Below, in pieces: positions 50,640 through 60,253 of a stretch of 64,000 nucleotides of DNA. Made by a program: the position numbers and the translations under genes. The notes under the pieces were generated by a model that saw only the letters and a program-made list of their open reading frames with translations, was not told the origin of the DNA and ran no database searches. The DNA lies in the NCBI GenBank assembly GCA_039812645.1, contig JBDIAV010000004.1:1187-65186 (forward strand). The letters run 5' to 3'. This DNA comes from Actinomycetaceae bacterium. GTDB lineage: Bacteria > Actinomycetota > Actinomycetes > Actinomycetales > Actinomycetaceae. Positions within the stretch are counted from its first letter, which is position 1. Every line of letters begins with the position of its first letter.

Positions 50640-52547
50640 GTGAGCACCCGCAAAGATCTACGTAACGTCGCAATCGTCGCCCATGTTGACCATGGAAAGA
50701 CGACCCTCGTTGATGCCATGCTGTGGCAGGGAGGGGCCTTCGGCGAGCGCGCTACCGTGGAGAAGACGGGCGAGCGAGTCATGGATTCGGGCGATCTGGA
50801 GCGCGAGAAGGGCATCACCATTCTCGCCAAGAACACCGCGATCCGTTACATGGGCCCCTCGGCCGCTAAGTTCGGCGCACCCGACGGCGTGACGATCAAC
50901 GTTATCGATACCCCTGGTCACGCCGATTTCGGTGGCGAGGTCGAGCGCGGTCTCTCGATGGTCGACGGCGTCGTGCTGCTCGTGGACGCCTCCGAGGGCC
51001 CACTCCCGCAGACCCGCTTCGTGCTGCGCAAGGCGCTTGAAGCTGGCCTGCCCGTTATCACCGTGGTCAACAAGGTGGACCGCCCGGATGCCCGCATCGA
51101 CGAGGTCGTCAACGAGGCGCAGGACCTGCTGCTTTCCCTCTTCTCCGATTTGGATGATCAGGACGACGACGTCCTGGACAAGCTTCTCGAGATCCCCATC
51201 ATTTTCTGTGCTGCCAAGGCTGGTTACGCCGATACCGTGCGTCCAGACGACGGTGAACTGCCCGCCAACCAGAACCTCGAACCTCTCTTCGAGGCTATCC
51301 TTCACTACATCCCGGCGCCCGAGTATGACGAGGACGCCCCGCTGGTTGCTCAGGTGACGAACCTTGACGCCTCGCCGTTCCTTGGCCGCCTCGCGTTGAC
51401 GCGCGTCTACTCGGGCGAGCTGAAGAAGGGCGCCTGGGTGGGCTGGCACCGTAACGATGGCACTGTCACTAAGGTGCACATCTCCGAGCTGCTCGCCACC
51501 AAGGGCCTGGAGCGCGTTCCTGCGGAGACCGCGCATGCGGGTGACATTGTCGCAGTCGCCGGAATCCCGGAGATCACCATCGGTGATTCACTTGTGGATC
51601 CCGAGGATCCGCGCCCGCTCGATCCGATTCACGTGGATGACCCGGCTATCTCGATGACCATCGGCATCAACACGTCGCCTCTCGCAGGCAAGGTGAAGGG
51701 CCACAAGCTGACCGCCCGCCAAGTGAAGGATCGCCTGGATGCCGAGCTGATCGGCAACGTCTCTATCCGTGTGCTGCCCACTGACCGTCCCGACCAGTGG
51801 GAAGTCCAGGACCGCGGCGAGCTCGCGCTGGCCATCCTGGTGGAGCAGATGCGCCGTGAGGGCTTCGAGCTGACTGTTGGCAAACCGCAGGTTGTCACCA
51901 AGGAGATTGACGGCAAGCGCCACGAGCCGATCGAGCGCACTACCATTGACGTGCCGGAAGAATTCCTCGGCGCCGTCACCCAGCTGATGGCCGCCCGCAA
52001 GGGCCGCATGGAGACCATGGCAAACCACGGCTCAGGCTGGGTGCGCATGGAGTTCATCGTGCCCTCGCGCGGCATGATCGGCTTCCGTTCGCAGTTCCTT
52101 ACCCAGACGCGCGGCACCGGCATTGCCTCCTCCATCGGTGAGGGCTACGCCCCGTGGATGGGCGAGATCACCTCGCGCGCCACCGGCTCGCTGGTGTCTG
52201 ATCGCCAGGGCCAAGTCACGGCGTTTGCTCTACAGCGCCTGGAGGATCGTGGAACATTCTTCGTCGAGCCCGGTGCTGAAGTGTACGAGGGCCAGGTCGT
52301 GGGCGAGAACCCGCGTGACGAGGATATGGACGTTAACGTGGTGCGCGCCAAGGAAATGACGAACATGCGCTCGGCTACCGCGGACGTTTTTGAGCAGCTC
52401 AAGGCGCCGCGCAAGCTCACCCTTGAGGAGTCCATCGAGTTCGCTGCCGAGGATGAGTGCATCGAGGTTACCCCCGAAGCGGTGCGTATCCGCAAGCTCA
52501 TCCTTAACCAGGTAGAGCGTTACCGCGCAGCCCGCGCTAAGAAGTAA
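50640..52547 (+). CDS. typA: Translational GTPase TypA/BipA
   Basis: [44 protein letters not shown] and [10 protein letters not shown] motifs. True start is GTG 50640. Confidence 0.97.
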   Translation: MSTRKDLRNVAIVAHVDHGKTTLVDAMLWQGGAFGERATVEKTGERVMDSGDLEREKGITILAKNTAIRYMGPSAAKFGAPDGVTINVIDTPGHADFGGEVERGLSMVDGVVLLVDASEGPLPQTRFVLRKALEAGLPVITVVNKVDRPDARIDEVVNEAQDLLLSLFSDLDDQDDDVLDKLLEIPIIFCAAKAGYADTVRPDDGELPANQNLEPLFEAILHYIPAPEYDEDAPLVAQVTNLDASPFLGRLALTRVYSGELKKGAWVGWHRNDGTVTKVHISELLATKGLERVPAETAHAGDIVAVAGIPEITIGDSLVDPEDPRPLDPIHVDDPAISMTIGINTSPLAGKVKGHKLTARQVKDRLDAELIGNVSIRVLPTDRPDQWEVQDRGELALAILVEQMRREGFELTVGKPQVVTKEIDGKRHEPIERTTIDVPEEFLGAVTQLMAARKGRMETMANHGSGWVRMEFIVPSRGMIGFRSQFLTQTRGTGIASSIGEGYAPWMGEITSRATGSLVSDRQGQVTAFALQRLEDRGTFFVEPGAEVYEGQVVGENPRDEDMDVNVVRAKEMTNMRSATADVFEQLKAPRKLTLEESIEFAAEDECIEVTPEAVRIRKLILNQVERYRAARAKK

Positions 52548-52557
52548 ACTTCTGGCC

Positions 52558-52911
52558 ATGCGATTGCTTCACGTCCTTCTCGGTGTGGTGGCGGGGCTCC
52601 TGGTAGGAGCTCTGGGCTGCGTCGTATACCCAGGGCCGGTTGACCTGCCCTGGGTAGGCCTGGTGCTTGCCGCCGCACTCGTGGGATCCGGAGCATGGTT
52701 CCTTCTCGAATGGGGGAAGCACACCGCGTGGTTCGGTTATGCGGTGGGCGTGACGGTCGTGACCTTTTACTTGCTCTCGGCCCCTCCCGCTAATGACACC
52801 GTGATGTCCGTATACATGTGGGCATCGCAGGCTTGGCTTATTGCTGCACCTTTGTGCGCGCTTATACCTGCCGCATTCGTGCGGCGTCCGGGACGAAGCG
52901 CACGTAAGTAA
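52558..52911 (+). CDS. Small membrane protein (actinobacterial DUF6113/Rv1171-like)
   Basis: Three to four hydrophobic segments, 10 bp after typA. The position matches the conserved neighbourhood. Family assignment is inferred. Confidence 0.6.
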   Translation: MRLLHVLLGVVAGLLVGALGCVVYPGPVDLPWVGLVLAAALVGSGAWFLLEWGKHTAWFGYAVGVTVVTFYLLSAPPANDTVMSVYMWASQAWLIAAPLCALIPAAFVRRPGRSARK

Positions 52912-52954
52912 GGCAGTGGCGAGCTGCTGCGGCTCTGCGGCCTGCGAGGGACAG

Positions 52955-53071
52955 GGGTAGTGGCTATGAGGCGGTGCTTGTCGCCTCTATTGGCGCTGCC
53001 ACCGCTGTGATAGCCACTACGCCGACCTGAGAACTGTATGAGTTCGGACTCTTTCGGGGTAGCCACTACCC
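52955..53071. repeat. Inverted-repeat element with two alternative 3' partners
   Basis: GGGTAGTGGCTAT (52955-52967) is complementary both to ATAGCCACTAC (53010-53020) and to TAGCCACTACCC (53060-53071). Confidence 0.6.
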
Positions 53072-53179
53072 GGGCGCGAGGTGGGCAACCCCACGTGTGG
53101 CGTGTGCGGTGTGCCGCGGCTTGTAGTCACCTCGCGCCGATAGAATTGTGAGCACTTATCCAGGAACGGAAGGGTTACC

Positions 53180-54997
53180 GTGTCGCAAGATCCAACAGGT
53201 TCGCAGGACGCAGCTCCTAACGAGTTGCCCGAGAACGTGAACGGTGGCGAGGGTGCCGTGACGCAGCCCGTCGCCGCAGAGGCTGCTGAGCCTGTCGCCG
53301 CAGCCGAGCCTGAGAAGAAGCGCCGCAAGCGTTGGCCTTGGATCACCGCGGGTGTGGTGGCCGTCGTCGCCGGTGCATATGTGGGTGCAGCGTACTACTT
53401 CGCGGATCGCGTGCCAGCCGGGACAACGATGGCTGGAGTCGAACTCGGCGGCCTGGATCGCCCGAGCGCCATGTCGAAGCTCAAGTCGGGTGTCGCGGAA
53501 CTGGTGAGCGCTCCAATCAGTGTGGTGTCCTCATCCGACGAACAGGCCCGCACAATCAATCCCGCAGATTACGCGCTGGCTATTGATGAAGAAGCCTCGG
53601 TTGACTCCGTGGTCGGTTTCTCGCTCGATCCAACACGCCTGTGGGCGCATCTTGTTGGTGGTAAGGACGTTGATCCGGTCCTCACATATGACAAACAGCA
53701 GCTCGCCGATGTTGTGAAAAACCTGGCTACGCAGTCCGATGTTGCACCGGTTAACGCTGCGCTCGCCTACAAGGACACCACTCCCACGGTGACACCGAGT
53801 ACGCAGGGGTCAAAGCTCAAGGTGGATGAGGCCAGGGAGATTCTCTCCACCCAGGTCTTCTCGCTGGAGCAGCCCATCGCACTTCCCATTGAGGATGTCG
53901 AACCGGCCATTACGACCGAGGCGGCGGAGAAAGTAAAGACGGATATTGCTGAACCGTTCGTTTCTGACAAGCTGACCGTCAAGGTTGAAGGCCACGCTGT
54001 TGACCTCACTCCCGAGCAGTTGGCGGCAGCAACCACCTTTGCCGAGAAGGATGGCAAGCTTGCCCTCAACGTGGATGGAACCAAGCTTGGGGACATCGTT
54101 CGCGCCGCCGCTCCGGACGTCCTCAAGCCCGGCGTTGACGCTCAGATCACCATCGTTGATCACACGACGCCCACCATCACTCCCTCTGAGGACGGAATCG
54201 GGATCGACGACGCCGCACTCGCAGCGAGCATCGCTGAGCAGGGAACTGGTGAAGACCGGACCATTGAGGTCACCCCAACCGCCGTACCGGCAGCATTCAC
54301 CACCGCCGATGCTGAAGCACTTGGTGTTAAAGAAGTAGTCTCTGAGATCGAGACGCCTTACACCGATGACCCGGTCCGCACCACCAATCTGATTGTGGGC
54401 ACCGAAAAGATCACGAACACGCTGGTCAAGCCGGGGGATACATTCTCTCTTCTCACCGCGCTCGGCCCCATTGACGCGGAGCATGGCTTCGTGGATTCGG
54501 GTGTTGTAGCGAATGGATTCAACAGCACCGCGATGGGTGGCGGCCTTTCGCAGCTGTCGACCAACACCTTCAACATCGGATACCTCGCTGGCTTCACCGA
54601 TGTCGAGCACACGCCGCACACTAAGTACTTCGACCGTTACCCGATGGGCCGCGAGGCCACACTGTGGGAGGACACCATCGACATGCGGTGGACTAATAAC
54701 ACGCCTTATGGTGCTGTGATTGACACCTGGGTGGGCGACGACGGCTACGTGCACTCCCAGCTGTGGTCCACCAAGTATTGGGACGTCGAAACCGATACTT
54801 CCGGTCCTTACGGCATTGTCCAGTCAACCACCAAAAACAATCCCTCCTGGGATTGTGAGCCTTCGGCCCCGGGTGGTCCTGGATTCAGCGTCACCGTGAG
54901 CCGTACGGTCTCCCATGACGGCGTGGCTAACGACGAAGAGTCCGGTAGTTACGAGTGGACATACGAACCGGTCTGGGGCGTTACCTGTAACAAGTAG
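53180..54997 (+). CDS. VanW family protein with N-terminal TM anchor and PG_binding_4-like repeats
   Basis: TM after KKRRKRWPW, then C-terminal RTTNL, PGDTFSL, MGGGLSQLSTNTFN, HTPHTKYFDRYPMGREAT and NNTPYG motifs. Confidence 0.9.
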   Translation: MSQDPTGSQDAAPNELPENVNGGEGAVTQPVAAEAAEPVAAAEPEKKRRKRWPWITAGVVAVVAGAYVGAAYYFADRVPAGTTMAGVELGGLDRPSAMSKLKSGVAELVSAPISVVSSSDEQARTINPADYALAIDEEASVDSVVGFSLDPTRLWAHLVGGKDVDPVLTYDKQQLADVVKNLATQSDVAPVNAALAYKDTTPTVTPSTQGSKLKVDEAREILSTQVFSLEQPIALPIEDVEPAITTEAAEKVKTDIAEPFVSDKLTVKVEGHAVDLTPEQLAAATTFAEKDGKLALNVDGTKLGDIVRAAAPDVLKPGVDAQITIVDHTTPTITPSEDGIGIDDAALAASIAEQGTGEDRTIEVTPTAVPAAFTTADAEALGVKEVVSEIETPYTDDPVRTTNLIVGTEKITNTLVKPGDTFSLLTALGPIDAEHGFVDSGVVANGFNSTAMGGGLSQLSTNTFNIGYLAGFTDVEHTPHTKYFDRYPMGREATLWEDTIDMRWTNNTPYGAVIDTWVGDDGYVHSQLWSTKYWDVETDTSGPYGIVQSTTKNNPSWDCEPSAPGGPGFSVTVSRTVSHDGVANDEESGSYEWTYEPVWGVTCNK

Positions 54998-55092
54998 GGG
55001 CGTGAGACGAGCGCCATGCCGCACGCCGGTGCATGAGCTGCCCAAATCCCTCCATTTAGGGATAACGTATTGGTGAACAGAGAGGAAGTGCC

Positions 55093-55416
55093 ATGACCTA
55101 CATCATCGCTCTGCCCTGCGTAGACGTGAAGGATCGCGCCTGCGTGGACGAGTGCCCAGTCGATTGCATCTACGAGGGCGATCGCACGTTGTACATTCAT
55201 CCGGATGAGTGCGTGGATTGTGGCGCTTGTGAGCCAGTGTGCCCCGTTGAGGCGATCTACTACGAGGATGATGTTCCGGACGAGTGGAGCGTTTTCTACG
55301 ATGTGAACGTGGACTTCTTCAAGGATCTCGGCTCCCCGGGCGGCGCTGCACGCACCGGCGCTACCGGCACGGATCACCCGTACGTCACCGCACTTCCTCC
55401 CCAGAGCGCAGAGTAA
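55093..55416 (+). CDS. fdxA: 7Fe ferredoxin
   Basis: [27 protein letters not shown]...[13 protein letters not shown]. Confidence 0.96.
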   Translation: MTYIIALPCVDVKDRACVDECPVDCIYEGDRTLYIHPDECVDCGACEPVCPVEAIYYEDDVPDEWSVFYDVNVDFFKDLGSPGGAARTGATGTDHPYVTALPPQSAE

Positions 55417-55421
55417 GCCGC

Positions 55422-56558
55422 ATGCCTCTCTACAGTACCGATCTCCCGGATTTTCCCTGGGACTCACTGATTCCCGTGCGCGACGTGGCAGCCGCCTACC
55501 CCGGTGGCGCCGTCGACCTCACGATTGGGACCCCCGTTGATCCGGTTCCCGCTTTCATTCAGGAGGCGCTAGCCGAGGCCAGTAACGCTCACGGCTACCC
55601 GCTGACTATCGGCACGGCCGAGTTGCGCGGGGCGATCGGCCGCTGGCTTGTGCGCTACCGTGGATTGTCCGAGGACACGCGGGTCGGGATACTGCCCACT
55701 ATCGGTTCGAAAGAAATGGTGGCGTTGCTGCCTGCACTCCTGGGTTTGGGCGCCGGCGATACGGTCGCGTTCCCACGTGCTGCTTACCCGACGTACGACG
55801 TCGGCGCGCGGCTGGCCGGCGCCCGCCCCCTTACCTTGGATACCGATGCGGATCCTTCGACGTGGCCTACTGATATCTCGTTACTGTGGATCAACTCGCC
55901 TGGAAACCCGGACGGTCATGTTCTGGGCGTGGACCAGATGCGCGCCGTGGTGTTGTGGGCTCGGGAGCACGATGTTCTTGTTGCCTCCGACGAGTGCTAT
56001 GCGATGCTTCCCTGGGACGTCGACGATGTGCCCTCGATTCTTGACGCGCGCGTGAACGACGGCGACCTGACGGGCCTGTTCTGCCTCTACTCGCTGTCGA
56101 AGCAGTCTAATATTGCCGGCTACCGAACCGCTTTCATTGCGGGCGATCCCGAGCGGATCGCCGTCATGACCGAGGTGCGCAAGCACGCCGGATTCCTCAT
56201 GCCGAATCCGGTGCAGCACGCTATGGCGCTCGCGTTGGACAACGAGGAGCACGTGGCGGCGCAGCGCGAGGTGTACCGCCAGCGCCGCGTGGCTCTCCAA
56301 GGTGTGCTGGACGCCGCGGGCCTCGTCAATGACGAGAAGTCGGTGGCTGGCCTGTACCTGTGGGTCACGGACCGTGCGGGCAAGGCGAGTGGCTGGGACC
56401 TCGTGCACGCCTTCTCCCGACTGGGTATCGTCGTGGCGCCCGGTGATTTCTACGGCGAAGCGGGCGCGGGCCGGGTACGGATTTCTCTCACCGCCACCGA
56501 CGCCGCGATCGCTGAAGCGGTCAAGCGCATGCCCAAGCTCCAGCAGGAGCTGGTCTAG
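55422..56558 (+). CDS. dapC: N-succinyldiaminopimelate aminotransferase
   Basis: LPDFPWD, VDLTIGTPVDP, GSKE, WINSPGNP, SDECY and YSLSKQSNIAGYR motifs. Directly after fdxA. Confidence 0.93.
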   Translation: MPLYSTDLPDFPWDSLIPVRDVAAAYPGGAVDLTIGTPVDPVPAFIQEALAEASNAHGYPLTIGTAELRGAIGRWLVRYRGLSEDTRVGILPTIGSKEMVALLPALLGLGAGDTVAFPRAAYPTYDVGARLAGARPLTLDTDADPSTWPTDISLLWINSPGNPDGHVLGVDQMRAVVLWAREHDVLVASDECYAMLPWDVDDVPSILDARVNDGDLTGLFCLYSLSKQSNIAGYRTAFIAGDPERIAVMTEVRKHAGFLMPNPVQHAMALALDNEEHVAAQREVYRQRRVALQGVLDAAGLVNDEKSVAGLYLWVTDRAGKASGWDLVHAFSRLGIVVAPGDFYGEAGAGRVRISLTATDAAIAEAVKRMPKLQQELV

Positions 56559-56634
56559 CCCGCTCGACTTGAACGCGAGAACCTCGGAACTTGGTTGGGA
56601 TGCCGACCGAAGTTCTGATCGTGATCTTGTGGAT

Positions 56635-56669
56635 AACGCCTCCCTGGGGATAGCTTCCGGGGAGGCGTT
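56635..56669 (+). terminator. Hairpin after dapC
   Basis: AACGCCTCCC...GGGAGGCGTT with an extended inner stem. A second hairpin GAACTTGGTTGG/CCGACCGAAGTTC lies at about 56588-56616. Confidence 0.55.
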
Positions 56670-56748
56670 GTAATTTGCTCTACGATCTGCCATGTAGTCA
56701 GAAGAACTCGTGAGAAGACCGTGTCGTTGGTGTCGAGGGGAGAAGAAG

Positions 56749-57666
56749 TTGGAAGTGATACCCGCGTGGAGTCCGAAAGAGCCATCGCAGTGTCCATGGA
56801 GCCGGAATACCCTTCGCAAGGTTGGTAAGGCGCTTACTTCTGACGAGCCATGGCCCGAAGGACTGCCAACATTCGAAGATGTCTCTCTGTGGTATCAGGA
56901 GATTGTTGGGTTCGTTCAAGCGACCCTCTACCACTTGGATCTTTCTTCCGTTATTGGAGATATCGAAGTGACTATCAACGGCCGAACAAAGACCCATGGC
57001 ACCCTGAAAGAGAAGTTGATTCGGGAGAAGTCTGTTCCGCTCCACAACATTCAAGATGTCGCAGGGGTGCGGTTTGAAGCGGATATGACTCTATCTCAGC
57101 AATCTGGGGTTGTTACTCAAATTGGTGATCATTTCAGAGCAATTGGTTGGAGAGCCAACACGAAGGACTACCGGACTGAGCCAGGGCATGCGAATTACAG
57201 GGCAGTACACATAAGGCTGGAACGGGAATCGGACAAGGCACGTGCAGAGATTCAGATTCGTACGCGCCTTCAAGGTTTGTGGGCGAACGTCTACGAGAAG
57301 CTCGCGGATGCATTTGGACGAGAGATCAGGTACGGGCTGCTACCAGATGACGCCGAGCAACGAGAACTGATCATTGACTGGCAAGATAAGTCTCTTGACA
57401 TCGTTTTTGAAGCAGAGGCGTCAGAGGAGATCATTGAATTGGCTGGAAAACAGATCCTTGAACTCGATAAGGAACTTCAAAGTGAGTTGATCAAACTTGG
57501 CTTCTCTGAGAGAAACGAGATTACTGAGAGACTGGACCAAGATCGTCTTAAGAGGGAGACCTATAAGCAAAATCTGATGGAGCAGCGAATAGAAATAGGC
57601 AACGCTCTCGAAGAAGTCTTCGATACTCTCAGTGGTCTATTATCGAGACAAGAGGGAAAGGAGTGA
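56749..57666 (+). CDS. RelA/SpoT small alarmone synthetase-like protein, probable CapRel-type toxSAS toxin
   Basis: Synthetase motifs RTKTHGTLKEKL, IQDVAGVR, YRAVHI and EIQIRTRLQGLWANVYEKL. No HD hydrolase or regulatory domains. Start uncertain (GTG 56710, TTG 56749 or GTG 56755). Confidence 0.85.
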   Translation: MEVIPAWSPKEPSQCPWSRNTLRKVGKALTSDEPWPEGLPTFEDVSLWYQEIVGFVQATLYHLDLSSVIGDIEVTINGRTKTHGTLKEKLIREKSVPLHNIQDVAGVRFEADMTLSQQSGVVTQIGDHFRAIGWRANTKDYRTEPGHANYRAVHIRLERESDKARAEIQIRTRLQGLWANVYEKLADAFGREIRYGLLPDDAEQRELIIDWQDKSLDIVFEAEASEEIIELAGKQILELDKELQSELIKLGFSERNEITERLDQDRLKRETYKQNLMEQRIEIGNALEEVFDTLSGLLSRQEGKE

Positions 57667-57669
57667 CCG

Positions 57670-57888
57670 ATGCCAGCATTCGTAATTAAGTACCATCGCA
57701 AGAGTGGCGCTTACGAGGTGTTTCCTTTCGAGGACTCGTTCGATGGTCTGCGAAAGCGGTTCGCCTTGGAACGTGAGAATGAAGACCCGGACGTCGAGAT
57801 CGTCAGTATCACCGCTCGAAATCTCGATGACGTCAAGCGGACTCACTCTCGCTACTTCATGAAGGACGGCTCCGGACTTTCAGTGTGA
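57670..57888 (+). CDS. 72-aa protein, probable antitoxin/sensor of the toxSAS
   Basis: 3 bp after the toxin stop, with RBS AAAGGAG. beta-beta-alpha-beta-alpha pattern ending VEIVSI...LDDVKRTHSRYF. Confidence 0.75.
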   Translation: MPAFVIKYHRKSGAYEVFPFEDSFDGLRKRFALERENEDPDVEIVSITARNLDDVKRTHSRYFMKDGSGLSV

Positions 57889-58268
57889 TCATCTGATGCG
57901 ATTGTCCAAGGATGCCGGGATTGCAGCAGGAGCTGTAGGGTTCTTCGAAGCTTGGTGAGTTGTGCGCTACTCCCGCGTCACAAGCGACACTGTATCTGGA
58001 CGATCAAACAACTCCGCCGCATGTTCCGAGCAAATTTCTTCTTTGTTACAAGTTCATTGAAGTTGCGCAGACAGCGGAAAAATCCAGTGTTTTAGCTGGC
58101 TAGCTCGTTAGAACATGAGAATTCAGGGTGCCCAAAAAGGTGACCCTCGACGCCAGACAAACGAGATTCGTAGTATCTTGACGTAGAGACAAAGTGTGAA
58201 TGGGCGCACGATAGCCCCCAGCACTAGTGAATCCCCACAGGCGAAAACGCCTGCAGAAGGAGGTTTCA

Positions 58269-59618
58269 GTGACTGAGAACGCCAATGGCGCAGCAGAACT
58301 GACCGTAGATGGCACGACCCTAGAGCTTCCCCGTGTGAAGTCTAGTATCGGCATGGATGGCTTCCGCATCGATAAGATGCTTGCCTCAACCGGTAACGTC
58401 ACACTCGACCCGGGTTTTACCAACACTGCGTCCTGTGAATCGGAAATCACCTATATCGACGGCGACGTCGGCATCCTGCGTTACCGCGGCTATCCGATCG
58501 AACAGTTGGCTGCCAACTGTTCGTTCCTGGAGGTCGCCTATCTTCTTATTTATGGCGAGCTCCCGGACCCGGAGGCTCTTGCGCTCTTCACTCGCCGCAT
58601 TAAGCGTCATACGCTGCTGCACGAGGACTTCAAGGCTTTCTTCACCGCGTTCCCCGCGGGCGGACATCCGATGTCCATCTTGCAGTCTGGTGTAGCCGGT
58701 TTGGCCACCTACTACGATCACACGATCGACCAGAAGGATCCGGCACAGCTGGACTTGGCTACCACCCTGCTGTTGGCCAAGGTCCCCACGATGATCGCGT
58801 ACATTGCTAAGCGAGCAACGGGCCTGCCGCTGCTTTACCCGGATGCTTCCCGGTCTTTCACCGAGGACTTCATCCGTATGACTTTCGGGCTGCCTTACCA
58901 GATGCAGGAGATCGATCCGACGATCGTTAATGCGCTGGACAAGCTGTTCATCCTCCACGCGGACCACGAGCAGAACTGCTCCACGTCCACCGTGCGTCTC
59001 GTTGGATCTTCGGAAGCCAATATCTACGCGGCGATGTCGAGTGGTGTTGGTGCGCTTTCTGGCCCACTGCACGGTGGCGCGAACGAGTCCGTTCTCAACA
59101 TGTTCACCCAGATCCGTGATTCGGGCGTCCCTGTGAAGACCTTCGTCCAGCAGGTCAAGGACAAGAAGAACAACGTCAAGCTCATGGGCTTTGGCCACCG
59201 GGTTTACAAGAACTTCGATCCTCGCGCCAAGGTTGTTAAGGGCCTAGCAGACGACATCCTCGAACGCCTCGGTGGAGACAACCAGCTCTTCGACATGGCC
59301 CAGGAACTGGAAGCTGCCGCGCTCTCTGACGATTACTTCGTCTCGCGTAAGCTCTACCCGAACGTCGATTTCTACACCGGCCTCATCTACAGTGCGATGG
59401 GCTTCCCCACGCAGATGTTCACGCCGCTCTTCACGTTGGGTCGTTTGCCGGGCTGGATTGCGCAGTACCGCGAGTTGGTGGCTGATCCCGCACAGAAGAT
59501 TGGACGCCCGCGTCAGGTCTACACCGGCCACGTCGAGCGTCAGTGGATTCCTCGTCAGCAGCGCGATAAGCAGTCGATGGTGGATATCTCCTTCGATCTG
59601 GACAACAAGCGGCTCTAG
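58269..59618 (+). CDS. gltA: Citrate synthase
   Basis: DPGFTNTASC, GILRYRGYPIE, HADHEQNCST, GPLHGGANE, MGFGHRVYK and YPNVDFY motifs. GTG 58269 follows RBS AAGGAGG. Confidence 0.97.
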   Translation: MTENANGAAELTVDGTTLELPRVKSSIGMDGFRIDKMLASTGNVTLDPGFTNTASCESEITYIDGDVGILRYRGYPIEQLAANCSFLEVAYLLIYGELPDPEALALFTRRIKRHTLLHEDFKAFFTAFPAGGHPMSILQSGVAGLATYYDHTIDQKDPAQLDLATTLLLAKVPTMIAYIAKRATGLPLLYPDASRSFTEDFIRMTFGLPYQMQEIDPTIVNALDKLFILHADHEQNCSTSTVRLVGSSEANIYAAMSSGVGALSGPLHGGANESVLNMFTQIRDSGVPVKTFVQQVKDKKNNVKLMGFGHRVYKNFDPRAKVVKGLADDILERLGGDNQLFDMAQELEAAALSDDYFVSRKLYPNVDFYTGLIYSAMGFPTQMFTPLFTLGRLPGWIAQYRELVADPAQKIGRPRQVYTGHVERQWIPRQQRDKQSMVDISFDLDNKRL

Positions 59619-59665
59619 TTTTCACGACGACGGCGCCTCACCACAATTGGTTGGCTGCTGACGTG

Positions 59666-59713
59666 AGGAGTGCCCCGGTTTCTGAATCAACTTTCAGAAA
59701 CCGGGGCACTCCT
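59666..59713 (+). terminator. Terminator after gltA
   Basis: AGGAGTGCCCCGGTTTCTGAA-N6-TTCAGAAACCGGGGCACTCCT followed by TTGTTT. Confidence 0.85.
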
Positions 59714-59795
59714 TTGTTTGGCGACAATGTGTAGGCGCTACCTGCCGATCGCACTGGGAGGTTAACCCAGCAATCGGTCGCCAGGTTTCTGGCGT

Positions 59796-60143
59796 TCAGT
59801 TATGTATTTTCTTGGGTGAATACCATGACTGAACGACGAAAGGTTTGCTGATCGACGAGTAGATCAACGAGGCAGGAGCAACCGCAAGCGCTTCGTTGCT
59901 CTGCAGGATGCTCTTAATGTTGGCGCCGGTGGTTCGCGCGTGCGGGATGGCCGTGACGCCGTCGTCGTCCTTTCCAGGTTCCTCGAATCGAACCTGGCCC
60001 TCATCAAACCTTCTCTTAAAGCTTCCCGAAATCTCTTACAAACCCTCCTCAATAACTGCTCTTCCGCCATCAATGGGGATCGCGGAAAGAAAGCTATTGG
60101 AAGGTCCGGGAACGAAATTCAGATACTGGAAGTGCGGCAGCAT
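59796..60143 (-). pseudogene. Possible degraded coding remnant
   Basis: 116-codon frame from ATG 60143 with one in-frame TAA (60036-60038). The downstream half is rich in G/C-ending codons. No recognisable family. Confidence 0.25.
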
Positions 60144-60253
60144 AGGAATAACGTGCAGTCGTATTACTCATACGGAAAGTGGCAAGGACGCCTTTACCTG
60201 TGGAGACGGAGAAGTCGACACGATGGAGTGTTCCTGTGCCAGAAGGGACTGAC

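Noticed and set aside
56628-56636. DnaA box as a sign of a replication origin
   Set aside because: A single box, with no cluster, AT-rich unwinding element or dnaA/dnaN nearby.
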